A DNA stretch of 63,191 bases, the filler included, from Octopus bimaculoides (Eukaryota), in the NCBI RefSeq assembly GCF_001194135.2. It is 8 parts of 8 records of this genome, joined end to end, with 100 filler letters (N's around TTAATTAATTAA, not from the genome) between each part and the next. Parts side by side here need not be neighbours in the genome. Positions count along the whole stretch, not along the records: positions 47,809 to 57,923 come from NC_068988.1; positions 58,024 to 61,784 come from NW_026425276.1; positions 61,885 to 63,191 come from NW_026413003.1; 5 more parts are not named here. One strand, 5' to 3'. A program made the translations under genes and the position numbers. Position 1 is the first letter of the stretch. Every line of letters begins with the position of its first letter. Positions 54,391 through 63,191 of the stretch are shown here, piece after piece. The notes under the pieces were generated by a model, which saw only the letters and a list, made by a program, of their open reading frames with translations, was not told the origin of the DNA and did no database searches.

Positions 54391-55025
54391 TAGTTTGCAT
54401 TACTGTTTATTAGCTGACTTGTCTAACTTCTGATTAACTCCCTTTGACCCTCCTCCTTACCACATAGTACGACATAATATCAGACCACAATTATATTCAA
54501 TGTATTTAGACTAACTGAATTATTTATTATAGATGCACGATGTACACCCGGAGCTACAATTCTCTTTGATATAATCACATTAAGTTAGATCAGTGACGAA
54601 CATACTAATTGCTAGTGCCTCCATTAACGATTAAACGAGTTAATATATTTCAATTATATTAACGACTAGTAAACACTGCCCACACATAACAACACTTTTT
54701 CTATTATACCTATTTACATAACCCAGATTTATACCGGGTTAACTTTTTAACTAGGACATTATTTGTAATCATAGGGACTTATCTAACAGACTCAAATAAC
54801 GTTATTCGTTACGATTAATGATACTGGATATTACTACTAGGTATAACTCTTTCGACTAACACCGCCGGTCAACTGGTCATTTTCCCCACTCACTGCTCCA
54901 TTCATCAACTTCAAGCAACTGTACACAGACGTGCCATCTTTTGAGGACGCAAAAATGTAAGCCTACAGACCCAACGAACTTTTTCCTTTTCCTTTTTTCT
55001 TTTCCTTTCTTTTCCTTTTCTTTTT

Positions 55026-55592
55026 GGTGTGTTTACGTTCCCTAAACTTAGCGGTTTGGCAGAATAATCGATAGAATAAGCACCGGACTTACAAAGAATA
55101 AGTCCAGGGGTCGATTTCTTCTAATAAAAAGCGGTGCTCCAGCATGACCACACTTAAATGACTGAAACAAGTAAAAGAGTAATACACACACACACACATG
55201 GGTATATATACACACACGCACACACGCACACACACACACACATATATACGGATATATAAATATATGTATATGTATGTATATATATATATATATATATATC
55301 ATATAGCCTCAGGCCGACCAAAGCCTTGTGAGTGGATTTCGTACAAGGAACCTGAAACAAGACTGTCGTATATATGTGTATATCTGTAGTGTGTTTGTGT
55401 GTGTGTCTACGTTTGTACCTCCACCATTGCTTGACAATCGTAGTTGTGTCCACGTCCCCATAACATGGCGGTTCGCAAAACACACTGATAGAATAAATAC
55501 TAGGCTTACAAAGAATAAATCCTGGGGTCGATTTGTTCCACTAAAGTCGATACTCCAGCATGGCTGCAGCCACATGACTGAAACAAGTAAAA
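55026..55592 (+). mobile_element. Two adjacent SINE family B copies (55026-55180 and 55302-55592)
   Basis: Both match the family B 3' half; the second also has the ATAGCCTCAGGCCGACCAAAGCC core. Confidence 0.85.
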
Positions 55593-55604
55593 CAACAAAA
55601 AAAA

Positions 55605-55647
55605 CTATACCAATTCAATCCCGAGCAACGCCGGGTATCTCTGCTAG

Positions 55648-55648
<1 letters not shown>
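55605..55648 (+). mobile_element. Isolated Helitron-type 3' terminus
   Basis: Hairpin CCCG-AGCAACGC-CGGG (55620-55635), 8 nt, then CTAG followed by T (55644-55648). Confidence 0.55.
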
Positions 55649-55687
<39 letters not shown>

Positions 55688-55879
55688 NNNNNNNNNNAGA
55701 AAATCCAGGAGAGTCATCTAATTATGATTTCATTCAACATATTCCCTTCTCAGGTTCACACACTTATTGCAGCAGCCCTTAAAGTTTATTCTAATCCTGT
55801 AAAAGAACTCGGATGGTTGGGCCTCCGACCAGGCCTTTCGTGATACCCTTAAAAGCAGGAACTTTGCACCACACCTTCG

Positions 55880-56128
55880 TATATATATATATGTGCGTGT
55901 ATATGTGTGTGTGTGCGCGCGCGCGCATGTATGTGTGCTTGTCCCCCGCCATCGCTTGACAATCAATGCTGGTGCGTTTATGTCCCCGTAACTTAGCAGT
56001 TCGGCAAAAAAGGCCGATAGAATAAGTACTAGGCTTCGAATATGTCCTGGGGGTGATTCCTTCGACTAAAACCCTTTTAGGCGGTGCTCCAGCATGGCCA
56101 CAGTCAAATGACTGAAAGAAGCAAAGAG
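55880..56128 (+). mobile_element. SINE family B, 3' half
   Basis: Microsatellite plus a match to the family B tail. Confidence 0.85.
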
Positions 56129-56224
56129 AAATACACATGCATATATATTGTATATAATATTAGTAAACAAACCAGAAAGGCTTAGTAAGTTACGAAGAGA
56201 AAGCTACTATGGAAGACTCATAGC

Positions 56225-56690
56225 ATAATAATAAGTGTATAATAATGTCTTGCAAACAACTCGCACGTGCAAGTGCTACCAGTCAAGAACTCCGCATACC
56301 GGAAGCCAGCAAGTGTATGAGGTCATCAGGAGAGAATGCGCGCCGTTTCGGGGCCTACCTCTCGACGGCATCAATGCGCACCGGCCCTCCTCACTGATAT
56401 GAGGCCCCGCTTGCTAGATCAACTGATAATTAAAACAAAGCTCAATATTTCTCTAGCCATCGCTCATCGTCTCTTTTTAACCAAATCCAGTGGCTAGCCT
56501 TCTCCACTGTATTTTGGATATTGGTCATGGTGGTATTTACCTTACGGCGAGTTAGNNNNNNNNNNCTAGCCTTCTCCACTGTATTTTGGATATTGGTTAT
56601 GGTGGTATTTACCTTACGACGAGTTAGGCCTAACGATAACAGCAGTCGTCTCACACTGTGTCCTACAAATCCTCTACATCCAACTTCGAT
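56225..56690 (-). mobile_element. HERO-like RLE LINE, 5'-truncated 3' end with GC-rich 3' UTR
   Basis: IEVGCRGFVGHSVRRLLLSLG..VEKASHWIWLKRDDERW matches the EVGCRGF..SxWLWLxR C-terminus of HERO-type RLE elements. The duplication at the 10-N gap is an artefact. Confidence 0.75.
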
Positions 56691-56756
56691 ATATATATAC
56701 TCTGATTTAAAGCGACAATTTTTAAATACAAACAAATGACGAAATATGATGAGCTA

Positions 56757-56950
56757 AGCCTAGCCAGAATCGAACACCCAAATTAACGCTAATATGGCTC
56801 CTTGCACATACGATTGGGCCAAATGCTCACCCATCAATTTCGGCCAAATTTAATGAATAGATACTTAAATTAAGTACCAATTGCGTACTGGAGTCGATCT
56901 AATCGACTGGTCCCCTCCCCAAAAATTTGGGCCTTGTGCCTAGAGTGGAA
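56757..56950 (+). mobile_element. Old SINE family C copy
   Basis: CCAGAATCG head and TAAGTACCAATTGCGTACTGGAGTCGATCTAATCGAC..GGCCTTGTGCC tail. Confidence 0.55.
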
Positions 56951-57424
56951 AAGAATATTTGTAGATAAACCAAAAAGGCTTTGTAAGTTACGGAGAGAAA
57001 GCTACTATGGAAGACTCATAGTAGGATAATTAGCTCATCATTTTTCGGTCATTTGTTTGTATTCAAAAATTGTCGTTTAAAATCGGAGAATATATATTGT
57101 TATGATATATATATATATATANNNNNNNNNNNNNNNNNNNNNNNNNNNNNNNNNNNNNNNNNNNNNNNNNNNNNNNNNNNNNNNNNNNNNNNNNNNNNNN
57201 NNNNNNNNNNNNNNNNNNNNNNNNNNNNNNNCACATATTACTTTTAATTTTCCATGTAAAACTTTTACTGAATGTCAAACTTGTATTCACTGTGAACATC
57301 CGTTTGACTTTTGTTGTTTTTGTTTTTGTTCTTGAATTCGCCGCTGGTCGCCGATTTGCCTATATATATATGTATATATATATTTAAAGTTAACTTGACA
57401 TTATTTCAAAACTCATTACTAATG

Positions 57425-57778
57425 GGAGTACCTCTATTCGCAAACACATGGTTCCGGGTTCAGTCCCTCGAGCCGACCAAAGACTTGTGAGTAGATTTGG
57501 TAGATGAAGACTGAAAGAAGCCCGACGTATATATGTATTTGTACATGTATATGTATATGTTTGTGTATCTGTGTTTGCCCCCCACCACCACCACCACCAT
57601 CGCTTGGCAACTAATGTTGGTGTGTTTACGTCCCCGTAACATAGCAGCTCAGCGGAAGAGACCAATCGAATAAGTACTAGGCTTACAAAAGAATAAGTCC
57701 TGGGGTCGATTCGTTCGACTAAAGGCGGTGCTCCAGCATGGCCGCAATCAAATGACTGAAACAAATAAAAGAATAAAG
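57425..57778 (+). mobile_element. SINE family B, near-complete with a small 5' internal deletion
   Basis: Collinear with 18994-19338 and has the full tail GACTGAAACAAATAAAAGAATAAA. Confidence 0.9.
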
Positions 57779-58130
57779 ACATGCAGGAAATAAATAGACC
57801 CTTTAATTTTCAATACTTCTGATCTAAGCGTCTTAATATGTTTTCAGCAGTATAGAATTTACAATGTAATTATTTTTTTTTCATTCTAGGTGCCATTACA
57901 TTAAACATTTGCGAAGAGTAACCNNNNNNNNNNNNNNNNNNNNNNNNNNNNNNNNNNNNNNNNNNNNTTAATTAATTAANNNNNNNNNNNNNNNNNNNNN
58001 NNNNNNNNNNNNNNNNNNNNNNNCAGTAAATATGAATAATAGATTTTTGAAAAATTATTGAAAAATTAAATTTCGGTAAATTTTTTTTAAAAGTCTTTTT
58101 AAAGACATATTTGTATAGTATTCAAGTAAT

Positions 58131-59940
58131 AGTGGCATTTTTCTTGTTTCTGCCTGTCTCTGTTTCACTTGTTAACTCTTGTGGGTTCAAAGAAGGAATG
58201 CTATGATAGTAGCAGTGTTAATTGGTTGGGTGTCCTNNNNNNNNNNAGAAGGAATGCTATGATAGTAGCAGTGTTAATTGGTTGGGTGTCCTGACATTGA
58301 CCTGTTGATGGACATAGTGATTTGTATTGTTTATAATGTTTGTGTGGGTGTTGTTCTAGACAGCAGTAGTAGTCTAAAGTCTCATTTTAATTAGAATATA
58401 ACTAGAATTAGAATTTTACACCTAAATGTCTTAATAATCCTCTGAGTAAAAACAGCTTGTTGTGTGCTTTGGTTGCTGGTAGAGAATCCAACTAGAATCT
58501 TAAAAAGATATTGTCTTATACAGGAGGACAGAAAAACTGATTTGGATCATGACAATGTTACAGAAAACCTGTCAGATGATTAAAAAGGGCTGGTGTATAG
58601 TTTTTGTAAACAATACTACGTTTTGCTTAAAACAGGAAATGCATTCCTCCTTCATGAATATTAACAAAGTGCATGTAAAATTATTTTTTAAAAAAAGTTA
58701 TGCCATAGTAATATTTAGGTTAAATTCATGATGGATTTGTTGAAAGATCCTTTCTTGATTGTCTGAATTCTTATCTTTCACAATGTATGTTCTCTTGAGT
58801 TTGGGGTAGTTTCTATTTACAATACTAACAGTAATTCATGTTGGTTAACTGTGTTGGTTTATGTTCCTTGACATGTGGGTGGTTAAAGCTTTCTAGTTTT
58901 GTGTCATTGACTCTTCATTATAATTATTGAAATACACAAATAATGTACACTTGGCTAGATGCTCAAGATTCATGCCTGTGTTAGTACTGGTTTTTCCAAC
59001 ATGATGATAATCTCACGGACCTGTTCTGAAACTTTTGTGGAGACTTGATATATCTGATTGGTGTAAAGTTGAGCTTTAATATTATATGAAAGTGTTATAT
59101 GTACAAGTTACTGTGAACAGCACTACAGTAACTTGTATTTGTTACTTCAGATATCTGACTGATTTTGTGTACATTTATTTTCCACTAGGCTATAATCTTG
59201 CCTTCATAGTATGCTATAGTTATTCTATTACTTTAAAAGTGTATCTATGTGTGAAGTGAACTTGATGTATGTGGTTTCTACCTTCGTTTCTTGACTGTCC
59301 AGGTTATCTTCCACAGAATTCTAAGAGTCAGGGTAAACAAAATATTATCGTCCATTCTTGTGAGAGCATGAATTATAAAAGTGATCACGGGGTGGGTTAT
59401 GTGGCTGAATTGGATACATATGGAGTCATGTAAGCATTGAAGTCATGTTCAAGTAAAGAATCTCTCTTCATCACAAAATACAGACCCTTTCTGAATGCAT
59501 CTACAAGGAATGACATATCTACTACGACCTTAGAATAAAACACACACACAAATATTAAAAATGATAAACTCCAAATAGATATGCAAGGAATTATAAAAAA
59601 AATTTTTAAATATAAAAAAACAACCCCAATCACTACTCACTGGACTAGTTACTATCACTCTTTCCTGCATTTTACTATTTCTCTCCTTCTCCCCATCCCT
59701 CATCTTCTCTGTCATCTTCTTCTTCCTTTCCACCACCTCCTCCCTTACTTTAGACTACTACTGCTGTCTAGAATAACACCCACACAAACATTATAAACAA
59801 TACAAATCACTATGTCCATCAACAGGTCAATGTCAGGACACCCAACCAATTAACACTGCTACTATCATAGCATTCCTTCTTTGAACCCACAAGAGTTAAC
59901 AAGTGAAACAGAGACAGGCAGAAACAAGAAAAATGCCACT
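58131..59940 (-). mobile_element. 1.8-kb unit with ~194-bp inverted arms around a probable Penelope-like relic
   Basis: The arms (58131-58380 minus the gap artefact; 59747-59940) differ by one indel and one substitution. Interior minus-strand traces (LNFT, KTSTNTG, NYP, HLGV) are only weakly PLE-like. The inverted repeat is certain; the PLE identity is tentative. Confidence 0.55.
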
Positions 59941-60790
59941 GTTCAATAATATAGAGAGCTGGGGACTGTGACAGCCAGATAACATGTTTAACTTCACTAG
60001 AATGTTCTTCATGCCATTCAGTAACAACTTTAGGTGTGTGAATTGCTGCATTATCATCCTGAAAGATTGCGTCCACAACCATAGGATGAACTTGATGAGA
60101 TGAAATGCTTAAATAGTCTTGTTTATTAATTCTCCCATGAAGTTCCTTGGGTTGGTGGATTTCCAAGATACAGCCAGCCAGGTCATCACAGATCCTCATC
60201 TACATTTAACAGTTGGAAGAAGGCAGTCTGGATCAAATGTTTCTTTTGGCTGTCTCTACATGTATACTTGGCTGGTGGTTGGAAATAAGGTAAAGGGTGA
60301 CTTGTCCGAGAAAAAAACTTTCTTCCACTGCTCTAAGGACCAATTCTGTAGGTTTTTACTCTACTCTAAATGCTTTGCAACATTTGTCTTTGAAAGTAGT
60401 AGTTTTCTGATTGCAGCCCTCCCGTGAAATCCAGCTTTGTGCAGCTCCAGGTAAACAATTTTTGTGGAAAGTGGATTCTCGAGGTGGTCATTAAGCACTG
60501 CAGTAATTTTGGGAGCTGCACTTTTGTGATCCTCTCTAACAATTCGCGTCAGAGTCCGACAGTCCCTATCTGAAAGTTTTGGTGTTCTTCCAGAGTTTTG
60601 TTTTGATGAGGAGGTTTTTTTCCTCTTTCTCAAAGGTTGTCATAACTTTCGAGACAGTACTTCACAAACATTTCAGCTGTTTTCGTTATGCTAGCGCCTG
60701 CCATACAAGCACCAACAATTTGACCTCTTTGAAAGTCTGATAGATCTGTTATTTTAATGAATTTCAGTTACCTTTTCTTGATGATATCTG
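59941..60790 (-). mobile_element. Tc1-family transposase relic, 3'-truncated
   Basis: DLSDFQRGQIVGA, GRTPKLSDRD.R.L.RIV, FQDDNAAIH and W..QSP.L.IIE; cut off at the inverted-repeat arm. Confidence 0.9.
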
Positions 60791-60865
60791 AAAAGAAACA
60801 GCAACTTTAGCAAAACATATTAAGCAACACTAATAATAAATCAAAAAACATATGTACCTTTATAT

Positions 60866-60911
<46 letters not shown>

Positions 60912-61607
60912 GTATAAGCATATGTAACCCTACGTCGTTAATTGGTTTCAGTAGACATGACTTAAGTCGAATTCACTTGTGTCTAGGCTAGGCCGAATTT
61001 GCTTGTCTCCAGTAAAAAAAAAACGTAATCTATATTTATGAATGCAATATGGCGGTGTTTACCGTACATTGCAGACACTTTATTTATGAATGTGGTTTGC
61101 AATAAGACATAGTAAAATAAAAGCCTTTTTAAGCTAAAAAAAAACAAATTCAGTAATTATTATTATTTTGCAATAGTAAAAAACTAAATTTTAGATTTAC
61201 CAATGTGTACATACAATTTGACAGTTCACATTACAAATGTAGATGGCTATGCATCGGAAACATCAACAGCTGACTCTGGCTGTTCTTGTTGTTCAATGCA
61301 CTTAAAAAGCCAGTTGAGAGTTCCTTGAACTGTTCATCTTTTCCTCAAAGATTACATTATAAAGAGTAAAAGCTGAGTGACAAGCACCGATAACCTTGGA
61401 AAAGCGTTGAGTGTTTCGATCCATATCCTCAAACATAAAAAAAAAATTTTCCCATAAATGCACATACTTGCTGCATTTTCTTAATGGTAAAGTGATGTGG
61501 CTCAGGTTTGACTTCCTCTTCTTTATTTTGCTACTTGAAAAGCTCTATCTTGGGCCAACCAGAGCCTTGTGAATAAATGTGGTAGATGGAAACTGAAAGA
61601 AAGCCAT

Positions 61608-61642
<35 letters not shown>

Positions 61643-61644
<2 letters not shown>

Positions 61645-61784
61645 TCATCATCATCATCATCGTTTAACGTCCGCTTTCCATGCTAGCATGGGTTGGACGA
61701 TTTGACTGAGGACTGGTGAAACCGGATGGCAACACCAGGCTCCAATCTAATTTGGCAGAGTTTCTACAGCTGGATGCCCTTCCT
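61643..61784 (-). mobile_element. SINE family D, 3' part (preceded by a family B 5' piece at 61545-61612)
   Basis: Near identical to 21593-21740. Confidence 0.9.
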
Positions 61785-62261
61785 NNNNNNNNNNNNNNNN
61801 NNNNNNNNNNNNNNNNNNNNNNNNNNNNTTAATTAATTAANNNNNNNNNNNNNNNNNNNNNNNNNNNNNNNNNNNNNNNNNNNNATATATATATACTAGG
61901 TATGAAGGAGATAGGATGTAGGATCACATCTGAGTCAGAAGCAGTGTGCTTGTCCAGAAACAACACTGCACATCACTTTAATAGTCAATGCAACTCAGAA
62001 TCTGTCATATATGAAGAGGTGATGTCAGGACCCCAGTGGCTGAAAGACATTCAGAAATACACGGGTATGACAGAATTTAACAATCTTAAACCCTCCTTTC
62101 AGATTGAAATGCCTCACCTAGGTGCATATATTCATTATGGATATGTAGCGGGTGGTAGAGCCTATGTCTGGCAGTGTTACAAGCTACAGCGGATTGCACA
62201 ATAAAACATCCACCAACCTTACAGTTCAGTACAGTGTTTACGACAACCATCTTTATACACA

Positions 62262-63121
62262 TACGAGCAGTCGCCCAAAAGAACCGGTAACATTCTCTGT
62301 GGAACAAGCCCGTTGTAGTTCAAGCTTCTGCCGGTAGAAGCCACTTGATGCGATTCTCAAGCATCAACCTGCCAACCGGCATCGTCGGTTGCAGTTGTAT
62401 TGCTAAATAGAGAGTCTTCGATGTGCAGTGCCTCACACCTGTTCATCGATATTTTGCAATGGTTGAAACAAAGGAACAGTGTCCTTCTATGAAATTCAGT
62501 TTTCTGCTGGGGAAAACGATGGCCGAAGCAGTTCTCATGCTTCAAACAGCTTACAAGAACACTGCAATGAGCAAAATACAAATTTACAAGTTTTCACGTT
62601 TTAGAAATGGTCACTCGTCGCTTGATGACCAGCGTCATTCATGGCAACCGTCGACATCTCAAATGAATGAAAACATTACAAAAATTCATAAACTGATCTT
62701 GAAGGACTGTTGCCAAACTTTTGACGAACTTGTTGATATGACTGGTGTGTCCTGGAACTCCTGACAACGTGGAATTGCAAATGAAAAAAGTTGTAGCAAA
62801 ATTTGTGTCTGGCTTTCTCGTGGAAGATCAAAAGCAGCCACGACTGAATATATATCATGAACTGAAAGAACAATTGGAAGTTGATCGGGCCCGTTTTTCG
62901 AAGGTCATCACTGATGATGAAAGCTGGTGCTAAGAAATATGCAGATGTGGAGATGTTAAAAGGCATCACTTTGCCAACACTGCTTCGAACAGTGGAAAAC
63001 ATGTCTGGACCAATGCATTGCTTCAAATGGAGAATACTTTGAAGGTGACAAAAGTATAAACATGTAAAACTAAGTGAATAAAATATGACAAAATTCCAGT
63101 TTCTTTTGTTACCCCCGCGTA
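62262..63121 (+). mobile_element. Internally deleted mariner element
   Basis: EQ..MKFSFLLGKT.AE..LMLQTAY (HTH), VITDDESWC, then a jump to CFEQWK..CIASNGEYFEG. Imperfect TIRs TACGAGCAGTCGCCCAAAAGAACCGG and CCAGTTTCTTTTGTTACCCCCGCGTA. Confidence 0.85.
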
Positions 63122-63191
63122 TACTTATCTCGTGTAGTTTCGTGAAGCTTCAGTCTTATGTAGCTTCGTGTATACTCACCCAAGAACAAAA

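Noticed and set aside
61902-62204. 100-aa non-repetitive ORF
   Set aside because: No recognisable motif or supported splice context; a few ORFs this long are expected by chance in 63 kb over six frames.

Overview
AT-rich eukaryotic intergenic or intronic DNA from a gapped draft scaffold. The SINE families, dense microsatellites and LINE mix resemble an octopus (coleoid cephalopod) genome; this is an inference, not a database match. I can support no host protein-coding exon, rRNA, true tRNA or CRISPR array, and most long ORFs in the track run through N gaps or microsatellites. The window is a mosaic of decayed mobile elements: at least four SINE-like families; CR1, RTE and L1/Tx1 LINE relics; two kinds of restriction-endonuclease (RLE) LINEs (R4/Dong-like and HERO-like); Penelope-like fragments; Tc1, mariner, pogo and hAT-like DNA transposons; and Helitron-like pieces. 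An almost TE-free stretch of about 13 kb lies in the middle. Best leads: (1) all three hammerhead-ribozyme core strands, with helices I and III intact but in a non-circular permuted order, in the 3' UTR of the HERO-like LINE; (2) a minimal type I hammerhead antisense at the 5' junction of the R4-like LINE; (3) a SINE with a twin-priming-type 5' inversion; (4) a degenerate Penelope-like body between near-identical 194-bp inverted arms; (5) possible microsatellite targeting by several retroelement families. None of these is verified beyond reading the sequence.
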